Source of the DNA: Cyanidioschyzon merolae
Lineage: Eukaryota
Direction: 5' to 3' (one strand)
Length of the DNA stretch: 64,000 bases
Assembly: GCA_000091205.1 (NCBI GenBank)
Contig: AP006484.2
The position numbers were made by a program, and so were the translations under genes. Below are positions 23,470 through 35,176 of the stretch, piece by piece; within the stretch, counting starts at the first letter, position 1, and each line of letters starts with the position of its first letter. The notes below the pieces were generated by a model. That model had not been told where the DNA came from. It saw only the letters and a program-made list of their open reading frames with translations, and made no database searches.

Positions 23470-24984
23470 GCTTCGCATATGGTATATCAGATGGCGGTGA
23501 TGCAGAGGACGCATCGAAATCCTGAATAGATTTCGTTAACGACGGTTGTCTGGGTGCCCTGATTCCGAGGACAAGGCGCTCAAAGGGGATTTTATCGAAG
23601 CATGTTGACACTCTGGAGCCAGTTACGAGAGCCAGCGCACCAGTGACATTCAGAATCGCAGCCTAGTACCTGTTCATGGACGCACAGTGCCGTGCGTCCA
23701 AAAACAAGTGTCACGTGAGCGTCGACATCGATGCCGAAAGCAGACGCTTATCCTTCGAGTCGTTGATGCCCTGTGCCGGCTGCAGCGATCGTCGTAGCGC
23801 TGCGGATGTGTTGCGAGGCGAGCCCAGTACCCTGGTTGCGCATATGCTCCAGTGCATCAGGTATGATGCTGGCAGGCGGTACATGCTCGCTGCAGATACA
23901 CAGGTTGGTGAGTGCGCGACGGACCGACGCTCTGACAATCACTTTCACGTACGTATTGCTTTCGAAGCAGTCCGCTGCGCGACATCGATGGTCCCGGTGT
24001 CGTGGATGCTGATAGCGCCCACTGGGAAGACGCTGCATCTCTCGAACCGCAATGCGCCGAGAGAAAGTTCTTGAAAGCGGAGATACGGGCGCATAAGAGA
24101 CGGCGTGGTCTGCTTGGATAAGCATACATGGATGCTGGCCGGGGTGCCACCTGCTGAACACCAGGATGGTAGAGCTCTTTTCTGACGATGCCTCTGCTGC
24201 TCCTGCTTCTGCTGGAAAAGAGAGCATAGGCCGCCTGTTCGTCTACTGCACGACCTGTTGCATACGTTCGCGATTTGCCTAGCGCCAGCACAGGTCGTGT
24301 AAAGTTCCATAACGGGCGGATAGCCTCCCATTCGGTTGCCGGCCTGTTTGGATGTTATGGATGGCGGCATGCGATCGGCTTGTGGGAGCTCGCAGCACTT
24401 GGCTTTTGGCTCGTCCAACGCAAGGCTCAACATACAATCCACCTAGAGCTCTGGATCGTCCAGAAAAGCTACGAGTCAGGGAGGCGGTGACTTGTCGCCT
24501 ATGTTTGCAGAAGAAGGTCGATCTGCGGTGCGCGTAGCACAGCACTCGATATGAAACTTTGTGCTTTTATCCGTTCCCGCTCCGTTTGGATACGGAGCGC
24601 GCACGACGCAGAGCTCTTTGCGAGCACGCCGAGCCGCCTCATGCGCTCCAAATAGTTTCCACGAAACGGGTCGTTCACACGAGCCGTCTATGACGGCAAA
24701 GAACGCATGTCCACTGCTACTACCTAAGTAAGCATACCTGGTTCTGAAATAATCTCCGTGAAAGCACACGAGAACGTCTTGGTGGTTTTGATACCCGGAA
24801 ATACGTCTCAGCGATCGCCGATGTCCACACAGCATCGGCTGCGTCTCTTCCGGAACGTGCCTGGAGAGTCGGTATGAGCCCAGGAGATGTAGCTTTTGTG
24901 GCGGTGCGGCAACAGAGTACATAAATATACACCCACCCGCAGCAACCTCACAGCATTTTTCGACCCGCAGCCTGTTACTGGTTT

Positions 24985-25700
24985 CAGCCTGTCCGAGTAC
25001 ACTTCTAGCCTGAGAGAGGCTGCGTTACAAAGATAGATTGCCTCGGCTCCTCGGGTCTTGTTTCAGCACCGCTCATCTTCTGATATTCATGGCGGCGTTG
25101 AAGTCTCAGTTCACAAACTCGATGCGTTTCTTACCTCTGGTTGAACTCACCAATGCAAGGAGTCCTATAGCTCGTGCCATGTGTGCCCCTACAGCCTCGT
25201 CAGCGCCTCGCCGCGTAAACCCATTGCTCGCTTATCTCCTGTCTTGTTCTTCTTCTTCTTCTTCGTCGCTTGCGCTTCATCGCGTGACAGTCAGAGAGAA
25301 GGGGATTTTGTTCGTTCCTCCCGGGCAGCCGGCGATGGCGGCCCTCGAGGCTCCTCGGCTTCCTTGTCCACCAGTTTCGTTTTTAGTTTTGAAAACGAAC
25401 GCATTTTAAACGCATCTGCTATAAACCGCGAAGGAGTACTTGAATACACGAATCTGAAGGCCGGAACGCATTTGGGATCAAACATCATATTTTGCTCCGG
25501 CTTCAACGCAAATACAACTTGCACGGTAGAGCAGCGGGCTTGATGACGCCATGCTTTGCGCTTGTCGTGCATTGAGCACGTCACCGGCAACAGTGCACAT
25601 TCCGAATGCAACATCGCTAGTTTTCTGGCAAGTCAACGAGTAATCAGGATCGCGTTTCCCTTCAACAGCAACATGCGCGTCGTGTCTCATGCCCGACAGC
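24985..25700 (-). pseudogene. Deleted, degenerate second copy of the Fanzor/TnpB-like element. It keeps a C-terminal RuvC-III fragment with in-frame stops and an upstream leader homologue.
   Basis: Minus-strand translation of about 25060-25170 gives LALVSSTRGKKRIEFVN*DFNAAMNIRR*AVL. The intact copy reads LALVSTTNDGKKRMEFVNRDFNAAINIRRCAVL. The 3' flank at 24985-25040 matches 49830-49860 (tttttcgacccgcagcctgttactggtttc versus tttttcgaccggccacgcactactggttcc). The segment 25640-25700 matches 52540-52600 (cgtttcccttcaacagcaacatgcgcgtcgtgtctcat versus cgtttcccttcaacggcggcgcgcgcgtcgtgtctcat). Confidence 0.6.
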
Positions 25701-25800
25701 TATGGAGGTACGGATCTCGGCTGCGCTATAGAAAAAAGAACAGAAACGATCCACTCCGTGGCAACTAGATCAAAAGTTCTTTCGCCTCTACTATAAGCGT

Positions 25801-26410
25801 TGAAACGGGAACAGCTTTCCGTATTTTGCAAAGTTCACCTTCTCGGCGGAAAGTCCTGCAGGTCGGACAAGACTACTAGGCTAATACGCTGCACTCTACG
25901 GAGCGAAGGGTACTGTAGTGAGATCTGGGCAGCCCGTCTGCAACCCAGTTTATTCTGGGAATAGGGTCTGGTATGCTTCGTCTGGGCATCGTTTTGGTCG
26001 TAGTGCTCTTCTTGCATATCGCTTCGCGTTGTCGCGGGCAGCAAGTCTGTCTGCACAGCTTGCAAGCTCCCGGAATTACACTGAATCCCGATTCTGTGAC
26101 TAGTGCACCACACCTCGCGCAGACGCCATCAGTGGTATAGCAAAGCCGTTCTGTCTCCGTGCAGCATCCGCACAGGCGGTATAAGCGCTATTGTGAGTGC
26201 TCAGATCACGTTAGGTGCACAGTGGAACGTGCAAAATAACCAGTATATCCGAGCGGAAGTACGAATAATGGAACTTGGACTTGTTGGGCAGCCTGCTTGA
26301 CACTTTTTCGAACGCCAGCATCCATCCCGCTACGCTGGATCCATGGTCCATGGAAACGTTTTGGCAAAGAAAGAAATTCGCCCACCGGCGGCATTTGCCG
26401 TAGCTGGAGC
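25801..26410. repeat. Dispersed repeat family A, copy 2. Its first about 60 bp are one diverged monomer of the 92-bp satellite.
   Basis: Copy 2 reads acgggaacagctttccgtattttgcaaagttcacctt; the satellite monomer reads acgggggaactgttttccgtattgtggaaagatcacctt. The rest aligns to 15620-16160 as described for copy 1. Confidence 0.85.
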
Positions 26411-26594
26411 AGTGCTGGAGCGCTGGGTCGGTGACCACTGCTTGACAAAGTGTCAACGTGCTTCCTTGTTATCTTTATTACTCGCCTGAAATCCAAAGTG
26501 TCTACGTGCGTACGTGCTAGCTGGTTGCGCGGTCGCTAGTTTCATGCTGCGCTTGGACAGAGGCTCAGGATAAATAATCGAGGCGTTCATAGAA

Positions 26595-27692
26595 ATGTTC
26601 CAGGGCCACTTGAGAGCCTTGTTGCGATCAGTAGCGAAACCCAGATTGCTTGGAGAACTTGCGTCGAAATCAACTGCATCACGAGCACTTGGTCGACAGA
26701 GCACGTTTCGGAGTGCGTTCGGTTGCGTCGGCGCAAGCACCTGGCAGCGCGCAGCTCCTGCCTCCACAACAGCAGCGGCGTCGGCTTCGGCTGATGGCAC
26801 CGGCGGTGACCGAGAAGCTCGTGCCTGGGACTGGAAACCGAAGGCAGTACCACCAGCGATCGGGGAGGAGATGGTCAAGTTGCACCGACAAGCCCCGGAT
26901 AAGTGGAGTGCGGTGGCGCTCGCGAAGAAGTACGGATATGATGAGCAGTTTGTGCAGGCCACTTTAGAGTTGGCCGAACTGGAAGCAAGCGTTCGGGCGC
27001 AAGTCAGTGAAAAGGAATGGAACGACGTCTTTGAGCCATTAGCTCGCGTTGCGCAGGAGTTCGAGGCCGCTGCAGCCGAACGTGCTGGACCAGACTGCCT
27101 CGTGCTCGGCATACCAGCACCATGGGAAGTCTTTCCGAAAAAGGCTGTGCGAAGTCGGGCATCGCGTATGATCTTCTACCGCGTTCGACGCGACGAAAAC
27201 GTTGAGACGGCACAAGCTCGTGCCGTTCGAGCCCATCTTGGTGCACCGGACGAAAGCGGCATCGCTGATAAGGCGCTGCCCGCTCCACACGCGAAGGATG
27301 CCGTCGCTGCCTCTGAGGCCTCGGACGCCGGTGGCCGCAGCACGTCATGGCCATCGCAGCCGTCAGTGCGATACGAAGCGAGCGCTGGGGCAGCGACTGT
27401 CCCGAAACCGCGGGTTCCTTTCATTTTCGTGGAGCGCGCGACAAGTCCTGTGTCTGCCAAGACCGGAAAGTTGCAATCCCAGTTGCGTGTCGTGGTGCGT
27501 GATACCGATGGTACCGTGCGCGAACCTCGTCCCGAAGAGAGAAACTTTGCGTTAGCGGCGTTCGGGTATGGAGCATCGGCGGATGACGATCCTCGGACGC
27601 CGTTGCACCCACGGCATCCTGGTGCGCCGAAGACGCCGCCTCCGCCTCCGCCTCCGCAGTCAACTGTAAGCCAGGAGTCGAATGCCGCATGA
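26595..27692 (+). CDS. Hypothetical protein (365 aa). The N-terminus is basic and hydroxylated, like an organellar presequence; the C-terminus is Pro-rich.
   Basis: It is the longest ORF in an otherwise unannotated interval, with no recognisable domain. A 219-aa ORF overlaps it on the minus strand, so the coding strand is not certain. Confidence 0.3.
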   Translation: MFQGHLRALLRSVAKPRLLGELASKSTASRALGRQSTFRSAFGCVGASTWQRAAPASTTAAASASADGTGGDREARAWDWKPKAVPPAIGEEMVKLHRQAPDKWSAVALAKKYGYDEQFVQATLELAELEASVRAQVSEKEWNDVFEPLARVAQEFEAAAAERAGPDCLVLGIPAPWEVFPKKAVRSRASRMIFYRVRRDENVETAQARAVRAHLGAPDESGIADKALPAPHAKDAVAASEASDAGGRSTSWPSQPSVRYEASAGAATVPKPRVPFIFVERATSPVSAKTGKLQSQLRVVVRDTDGTVREPRPEERNFALAAFGYGASADDDPRTPLHPRHPGAPKTPPPPPPPQSTVSQESNAA

Positions 27693-28757
27693 TGTGCACG
27701 CTATGTATGATGAAAAAGGCAAGTGCTATTCGCCGAGACAGTGCGCACCCGTGGAGGATGCGGGCGGCGGCGTCCACGACGCTCAAGCAACTGCGGAACA
27801 CGCTTTCTCGACTACATTGTGTTTTGTAAAATGTCTTTTTAGAAAAAATTCGCGAGATTCGCGCGGCCGATGAAGCGAGGATAGTCGCGTGCTGACAAAA
27901 AGCTGGGATACGAGTGCTGCGCTACTACCACTGAGCTACGAAGGCCCGGCGCTGCGTCTTTGGCAGCTGCTGGGTGAGCCTCCGGCGTGGATCGAACACG
28001 CGACCTCAGCATGGCGCGTCTCACCAGCACATATGCATCAAACTATGAAAAATTTCATATATAAAGACGCGGTGCGATCAAAATCGCCGCGCGCAGTACG
28101 TCCATTGGTCGTTCTATATACTATACAATTCAGAGCATAAAGGACAAGAAAGCCGCGCGCGCAGTACGGTGTCGTTCCCCGAGGCCAATTTCCAGGCGTT
28201 TCTCTGGCACGGGAGGTCGCTGCGCAGACCAAGATTTCCCCGGTTGGACGCGCGATATCCGCACCCATCGAAGCGAAAGGGTCGTAACAGTGCTCCCACT
28301 GAGGCAACTGTGCGTGCGTGCGTATGCCCTTCCAGACTGGTGCCAATAATTAGATTACGCCGTCTTACACCTGCGTTTCGTGCCGAGACGCAAGGCGTTC
28401 TCCGTATAGCGCCCACACAACTGGTGGACGCTGGCCCTAGCGAGCGTTCGGCAGCAGCCTGTACGAGCCGTTCGCATCTGTCGCTCTATGGCAAGGCCTT
28501 GATTTCCAGCCGCCGGGGGCAAGTCCGGCGTTTGTCCTTTGTCATCGATCAACCACAGCATACCAGTCTCCAGCGGGAACTTTTCCATCAAGAAGAGCGA
28601 ATCACCGATTTACTTCACACTCGTCGTTGTCGGTATGCCCGTTCTATGAGTTCGTGCTCTTTCCAGGGCTTGCTGCACTGCCCCGAACCGGCCCATATAA
28701 CCGACGCGCGTTCCCCGCGAACGACATTGAAATGGTAGGCGGATCGACGGCACGCTT

Positions 28758-29975
28758 TCAGGTGCATCTCGCCACATAGTCCTGGTCATTCAGTTGTTGC
28801 TCCAGAGTCCACTCAAAGAATCGCTGTAAATGTGAGCCAATCCAGGAATCGCCGCGCACAGTGGCCATACCTGAGAAAAATCCGCAATGTCCACCATAAC
28901 TGGTATACGCGAGGCATACCATTGGGTTCCGGATCTCTTCCGGGATCGGCAATGAGCTCGGTGCCATGAACGGGTCGTCACGTGCATTAATGATCAAAAG
29001 CGGGGTCCGTACACCCCCGAGAAACTGTCCGCAACTGCACTTTCGATAGTAATCGAAGCGATCCTTGAATCCGTATGTCGGTGCGATGTACGCGTCATCT
29101 ATCTCGCCGATGGTTTCCGCCCGCAGCACTCTTTCGAGATCATAGGGCACCTTAGTTGAAAGGCGGCGATTTTTCAGCTTATTCTGAATGCTTCGGACGA
29201 ATCGACGACTATAGACGTACCGTCTGATGAGACCGGAGTCCAACACTGGCTGACTAGCGAGTGCATCGAATGGAACGCAGTACACAGCAGCCGCTGTGAC
29301 GCCGAATAGACGAGCGTGCTCCACAAACTCGCCCAAGTACTTGCAGATCACGTTTCCGCCAAGTGAGAAACCCGACAAGAGCAGCGGCTGCGCGCGCTCG
29401 TCAGAGGCGACTGGAGCTACTCGCGAACGAAGCTCCTCGATGAGGAGTTTTAGATCGCTTGTCTCCCCGAGGTGGTACGATTTTGGAGTGGCATTCGGTT
29501 CACCCGAACAGCCGCGAAAGTTCATCGCATATACATTCGCACCCAGACCATTATAGAGCATGTTCGCTAGCTGCAGGGTTTGGATGCCTCTGGAGCACGA
29601 CTCCAGACCGTGCAGAACAACTGCCAGCGGACGCGCTGCTCTGGTAGCCGGCAAGCTGTCCTGCACCTCTCCAGGTTCAACGCGTTCGTCGTGGGCGCCA
29701 TGCACAGCGCAGTCGACCTCGAACCAGTCCCCATCCGGGGTATGCAACCGGACCCGGTGGGTATAGTGAAAGCCTTTGGGCGCACGTGTAAGCAGAGCCC
29801 CTGCGATGGTCTGGAAGTGCGCGTTCCGGGCCCAGAGCGGAGGAATAAAATCAGGAACCTTGAAAGTATTCACAGCGAATGCGGCACTCATAACTGCGAC
29901 GCAACCCGTGAACGAGCGTGCGATGTTCTTTCGCCGGTCCTTTGACCACAGTCCCGAAAGCGAAGATCGAGACAA
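28758..29975 (-). CDS. Alpha/beta-hydrolase of the ABHD1/ABHD3/YheT-like family
   Basis: The 405-aa ORF contains ...HFQTIAGALL...LAVVLHGLESCSRG...NFRGCSGEP...LLLSGFSLGGNVICKY.... These are the GxSxG nucleophile elbow and the conserved HGL-E-S block of this family. Confidence 0.75.
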   Translation of the reverse strand: MSRSSLSGLWSKDRRKNIARSFTGCVAVMSAAFAVNTFKVPDFIPPLWARNAHFQTIAGALLTRAPKGFHYTHRVRLHTPDGDWFEVDCAVHGAHDERVEPGEVQDSLPATRAARPLAVVLHGLESCSRGIQTLQLANMLYNGLGANVYAMNFRGCSGEPNATPKSYHLGETSDLKLLIEELRSRVAPVASDERAQPLLLSGFSLGGNVICKYLGEFVEHARLFGVTAAAVYCVPFDALASQPVLDSGLIRRYVYSRRFVRSIQNKLKNRRLSTKVPYDLERVLRAETIGEIDDAYIAPTYGFKDRFDYYRKCSCGQFLGGVRTPLLIINARDDPFMAPSSLPIPEEIRNPMVCLAYTSYGGHCGFFSGMATVRGDSWIGSHLQRFFEWTLEQQLNDQDYVARCT

Positions 29976-32362
29976 CTACGAAAGGCGCACAGGTGATTCG
30001 GCGTGAACTATTCTAAGTGCAACGCCTTGGAACCTCGTATGCCAACGTATGAACGATTCAGAGCTTTCCCATAGCTGGAGTGATTTCAGAGAACATGAAA
30101 GCGCAGGACTTGCTCTTTTCGCGGCAGTCTATGTCGCTGCGTTGCACACTCGAGCCGTTCCAGAACGAAGACGCTGCAGCGTGTCTCGAACCTGCCTCAT
30201 CGCCAGTGTCACTGACGATTTGCTTTCCGATGCATTGCGCTGGAGCGCTCCTGCGGCATGGTGAATGCTGTCCCCGTTGTGCCGAGATTGTGCAACTGCG
30301 CATCATGCCTGGAACCTGCGACAGGTGCTTCGTTGCTTCCCGCGATGCCATTTTCCTTTACGCTTCTGGAGATTGCCAGTTCGATGCATCAAAATCCTCA
30401 GCGGTCTCAAAAATCACCGCATGTCATGAGCGAGCGTACCGGGTACGCGCAGCGCACACGCGCCTGTCGGGGCGACTCTTCGCAGCATTTGACAGGGAGA
30501 CGCAGTGCATCTGTTCCGGTTTTGGTGCTGCTGCTTTCTATTACATTTGCAAATAAAAAAATGACGGAGGACGTCTCTCATTCTTGATTGGCCCCAAAAA
30601 CAGCCTTTCGGGTTTCTTTGAGGCCGAGAGCGCGCACCGAGCGGCAGGGGTGCAGGGCTGTATACCGTACTTGGGAGACCTCCTCCAGCGCAACGCGTTT
30701 CGCTTCCGCCATTCATTGGTCCATGTGTTACTGCGTATGCCTATATCTCTTGGATGCACCGTGGCGGGCGAGTAACACTTTTCCTTGTTGGTGCCTGCGC
30801 AGTCCACAGATGCCACGGATGTCTAGGGTGTCCGTGGCATCGCCCGGTTCATCAGCCTGTGCTGCTGGCATCTATAGCCATGACGCCCTTTCTCAATGCG
30901 TGTCGGACCTTGATGGCATGTTCCAAAGCGCGAAAGGCCTGATGCATACTCTTGGCTGGGTCGTGTTGTCGTCGCTGGCGGCAGCTCGCGTCGATTGTAG
31001 CACCTGACGCGCTCTCCATTTTTCATTGCGGCACGTTCGACGCATTGGACCAGCATATCCCGAATGTGCCACTGTCATAGGCTGTGACGCTAGCCACCGT
31101 CGTGCCTCCTGGGGCACTTTACGGTGCACGGGTCTCGGACCAGTCGACCCGTCGGAACTGCAGCTTGATGGATCCAGTTCTCTTGCGGGTGCCGGGCGTG
31201 CTCTAAAGGCTCACTGCGACGCTGGATGCATCGCTGCAATGCTCGACATGCGAGAACAGCACTGATTTGCGTCGGGTTTACAGGTGTTACATGACAGCGA
31301 GTTACTCGTCTATTCAGTGGATGTGCACATAGCGGGCGTCGATGCCCGTTGCCGGTCTGCGGACCGCAGTGCCCTCAGTACGATCGTTCATGCAACACGC
31401 TTTCCCTGGAGGGCCGGACATAAATTTCGAACAGACGTACCCTGCCCCCTACTCTGAGAGGAAGAGGATTCACCTGCATCTGAGGTCGCTCTTGCCTGAG
31501 ACACGCAGTCCAAGCATTCGCGATGAGTACCCGAACATCGATGATCGAGCGAAGCCCCGGCATCGACACAACGAGCCGCAATCGCTCGAATTCGTGACTG
31601 GTACGCGCTTTTCGGTAGACCCAGGCCGATGTGCAACTATCCGACTATGCGTCCTTGCTTTCACATCAACTGATCGCCCTCGCATCTCTGTGGCATCTGG
31701 ACGCGACTTTTACTTGTTATATATGCTCGTATCTGGGTGCGTTTCCCCGAGAATCGGGACTGCAAGTCTTCCAAGATCTATGCGCAGCATGCCACACATC
31801 CGTAGCATTCGCTACATGCATAAGCATATAGTGATATGAATATGTACTTACGTGTATACTTATGGACGCGTGGGTATGCAGCCCCGAGCGCTCGCGCGAT
31901 CCCCCGCGTCCGTTGGCTGTGCGTGTCGTGGCGCTCGTCGCCCTCCTGAATCTACACCCCGCCGCCGTGCTGCGTCATCCTCGCACAAGAACGCGTTCAG
32001 ATGCGCTCCAGTCGTTGCACGACAATCGAAACACATGCTTCATGGCATGCCGAAGCTCCAGCGTCGATGCATCTCGCCGCCGCCGCCGCCGCCTCCCTCC
32101 AGTACCAGGCCGTACGAGATCTGCGTGCGCCTTTCGCCTGCGCTGCAGCGCCTCGCGATGCTTCCGAGTGCGTGCGTGCGCGCGTGCGTTGCCCGCCACC
32201 GTCCACCACCAGGGGCCGCAGAAACGGCAGCGGCAGCTCTGGAAAAAGCGCGTCCTTCACGAGGCGTACTGCATCTCGCGCTGAACGCGTGCGCAATTTG
32301 CAGTGCAGGCAGCCGATACGTATTAGGAGTACCCGAAGCCTTGAAACCTGTACTTTTACGGG

Positions 32363-32686
32363 ATGTTCGTCGTTTCAAATAGCTTTACAGGTTCATTCCA
32401 AAGAACGAGCAGGGCGAGAGCGTCACGAATCTGCAGCTCGACACGGAGCACGAGTGAATGCCAGGGGATGCGCGTTCTGCAGAGTACCCTCCTGAACGGG
32501 GATCGCAAGCACGAGCCCAAAGAGACCAAGGAGCTGGGTTCAGGTGACAAGTTTCCCGCGTGTCGTTGTTGGCGGAGCAAAAAGTTTCCTATGTGCGACG
32601 GATCCCACGCAGCTTACAACAAAGAAACAGGGGATAACGTCGGTCCACTCGTGGTGTCTGTCAAGTCCGGCGGTGCGAGTTCGTAA
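32363..32686 (+). CDS. CDGSH iron-sulfur domain protein (mitoNEET/CISD-like, single CDGSH domain) with a presequence-like N-terminus. An alternative start is ATG 32468.
   Basis: [32 protein letters not shown] is an exact match to the CDGSH consensus C-x-C-x2-S-x3-P-x-C-D-G-S-H. Confidence 0.55.
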   Translation: MFVVSNSFTGSFQRTSRARASRICSSTRSTSECQGMRVLQSTLLNGDRKHEPKETKELGSGDKFPACRCWRSKKFPMCDGSHAAYNKETGDNVGPLVVSVKSGGASS

Positions 32687-33178
32687 CGCGCGTACACTCA
32701 GTGTGCAGCGCAGGGTCCGCAGCGAGTTTGTCTGCTGGTGAGCAATTCATCGAGGCAGCAACGCCAGGAGCTGGAGTTTGTTTGTGTTTCGCAGTATAGC
32801 GGCTCTGCTGCATTGCAATTCGAGAGTGAAAAGCGCTATGGAAAGGCAGTAGAGGGACAGTGACTCGGTCCAAGGAAAGGCTTCTATACAAAAGTTGCAC
32901 GTCTGAAGGAGTGAGCCCGCACGCATGCTTTTAAACCTAAACATATTCGATAGGTCAGCATCTTGATTGCCCAGGGTTGATAGGAAACCCGACCTACCTC
33001 TTGCTGGGGCTGGTCGCGGCTTCCGTGCGCAACCGATGGCCCGCAACGAGCCGACATCAACGCGTAGACGGAAGCTAGCCGGTCTCCAGACCCTCGCACG
33101 CTTGTCGAATCGTCACGGGCATTCTATCATTTGTCGCAAGCTGCCACAGTCATGCTATTCGTCGAAAAGTCTTCGTTT

Positions 33179-35176
33179 TTACGAATGAACGCGGGTGCGT
33201 CCCTTCCGCAGGTGTGCCTCCTCGTCGCACAGGCGGGGTCGATTGACCAAATCAGACCCGTGTCGACGCAAGAGACGATGAGCAGTCAACAGAAATACCA
33301 AACTTGCCACCGTCATTTGCCGTTTTGATTCGAGCAGCGCATAGATAAGAGCACAGATGCTCGCGAGCTCAATCCAGAGCAGCAGCAGGTACCAGCTGTG
33401 CGAGCGCTTCTCCAACAAGCGATGCTGCAGTGCGGTCACGCTCCGATTGAAATTCTGCAGCAAGACATCCACTGCGTCCTGCCGAAGCCCATCATACGCG
33501 TTATTGATGATATAGCGAAGCGCCGCGCTATAGCCGTCTCGGAACACGCCGCTCATCGTTCGACGGCCCGTGCGTGTAAAGTCGGTCTTCAGAGCCGCAC
33601 TGCCCGCGTAGTAGTAAGCCATCGCGTCTGCATGGTCAGCCCACAGGCCATTGAAACGCCGTGCAAACTCGGCGCCCTCATCCAAATCAATGAATCCCAG
33701 CGCGCGGATTTGATCTCTAATCATTCGTTGCGCGATCGCGCTCTGGACAACATTGGTTCGGTCTAAACAGTCGATACAGTTCGTTCGAATGACGCCGCGT
33801 TGGCGTTGAATGATGCAACGGCGCAGCACGTCTGCAGTGAAGACACCCTGGAGGGCAAAAACGCCTTCGAGCTGCGCTACAAGCTCATGAACGCGTTCGT
33901 AGCGCATGCCCCGGCATTCCCGGTGAAAATCCCATGCGATATACGGAATGTGGAATCGGGACGCCTCCATCTCATAGCGACTCTGGAGGGTGTGTTCACT
34001 CCCGTGCTGATTGACGAGATCCACAACCACAACAGGCTCACCGTACCGCGCAGAAAGCCGCTCGAAATGTCGACCAAAGGCTAGTCCCGTCGCCGCGTCA
34101 TCATGACCAACGCGGATCCGCGGCTTGTACTGTAAATTGGGGGTCTGTACCCAGGGTAAAGGTATGCTACCCCGGATCTGTACATAAGAAGTTAGATAAT
34201 CGCCGCTACATACGACAGATTCTATTTCGACAAAGTTCGCGACATAGCCGTCACGATCTGCACCCCGCCGAAAGTACCGCACGCCGGCACGCACGCGACT
34301 GCAGCGGGATATCAGTGCGTATTGGGCCTGGTGAACGGAACCGTCCGGCTTGCGGCATCGCACGGGAATCATCTCCACAAAGCCGAACAACAGTGGACGT
34401 ACGAGCGCTTGCACTTGGGTCTTCGTGATGCCTGCAACTCGAGTGTCATCGAGCAGATTTCGCAGCAAGGAAGCGTTCCACGTGAAGGCGTTCCCCGGGG
34501 CACTCGACTCACGCAGGTCTGTGGGTCGATGCATGGACCGGTGCGGTTTGTCCCATTTGAAACAGGTCTCCTGTAGACGCTGGGTGATATCCCATTGTGG
34601 CGAATAATAAAAGTTTTCGAGTCTGAGCGCTCGATCGAGCAGCCTCCGCAAAGAATCTTCGATGCACCGGGCGACTGGCGTTATAAGTTCTCGCGACTTG
34701 GACAAGTTCCGTATCGGTAACACGCTGAACTTGCGCACGCGTTGCACGCAAATCGGACAGAGCGACATCGTGGCTCGCTCACCAAACAGCTTCCCGACGC
34801 TGACGCTTTCCGCGACGAATACCAGGTACTCGTTCACGCAGAGTTTCGCCACGCCAACAAGGCACTCAGCCCATACGTCAAATAGCACTTTCGCGTACTC
34901 CGCATCTTGTGGTGCTGTTTGGAGAAGCCTCTGACCTAAAGCAGGATGGCTCGTTCCGGTGTTAACGCCGTCAGCAGCTCGGTTCGGCCCCAGCAGGTGC
35001 CCCTGGAGTCGATCCCATACGAGCAAGCACTCGACTACGGCCGGTGTAGCTGCATCAACCAGCCCAAGGGCGATCCAGTCTTCGGTGGCCACACACCGCA
35101 GACGGCGCTCCGACCGGGACACATTCATGGAGCTCGGAGTCGTTAACAATCCAACGCTGGAACCCAACTCGAGCAA
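33179..35176 (-). CDS. SAC1: SAC1-type phosphoinositide phosphatase
   Basis: The 665-aa ORF carries the catalytic CX5R(T/S) motif inside RTNCIDCLDRTNVVQS. It has Sac-domain conservation throughout and two C-terminal hydrophobic helices (WYLLLLWIELASICALIYALL and VASLVFLLTAH), as in SAC1. Confidence 0.85.
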   Translation of the reverse strand: MLELGSSVGLLTTPSSMNVSRSERRLRCVATEDWIALGLVDAATPAVVECLLVWDRLQGHLLGPNRAADGVNTGTSHPALGQRLLQTAPQDAEYAKVLFDVWAECLVGVAKLCVNEYLVFVAESVSVGKLFGERATMSLCPICVQRVRKFSVLPIRNLSKSRELITPVARCIEDSLRRLLDRALRLENFYYSPQWDITQRLQETCFKWDKPHRSMHRPTDLRESSAPGNAFTWNASLLRNLLDDTRVAGITKTQVQALVRPLLFGFVEMIPVRCRKPDGSVHQAQYALISRCSRVRAGVRYFRRGADRDGYVANFVEIESVVCSGDYLTSYVQIRGSIPLPWVQTPNLQYKPRIRVGHDDAATGLAFGRHFERLSARYGEPVVVVDLVNQHGSEHTLQSRYEMEASRFHIPYIAWDFHRECRGMRYERVHELVAQLEGVFALQGVFTADVLRRCIIQRQRGVIRTNCIDCLDRTNVVQSAIAQRMIRDQIRALGFIDLDEGAEFARRFNGLWADHADAMAYYYAGSAALKTDFTRTGRRTMSGVFRDGYSAALRYIINNAYDGLRQDAVDVLLQNFNRSVTALQHRLLEKRSHSWYLLLLWIELASICALIYALLESKRQMTVASLVFLLTAHRLLRRHGSDLVNRPRLCDEEAHLRKGRTRVHS

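Noticed and set aside
24476-25002. Vps29 / metallophosphoesterase-like fragments (KLHLLGSYRL..., LLPHRHKSYIS..., LCGHRRS...)
   Set aside because: The two resemblances lie in different frames over the same bases and in the wrong order relative to Vps29. I treat them as chance matches next to the Fanzor remnant.
28169-28738. 189-aa Arg-rich ORF on the plus strand
   Set aside because: It has no motif and sits in the promoter-proximal GC-rich region. Its composition is typical of non-coding GC-rich DNA, and other ORFs overlap it on the opposite strand.
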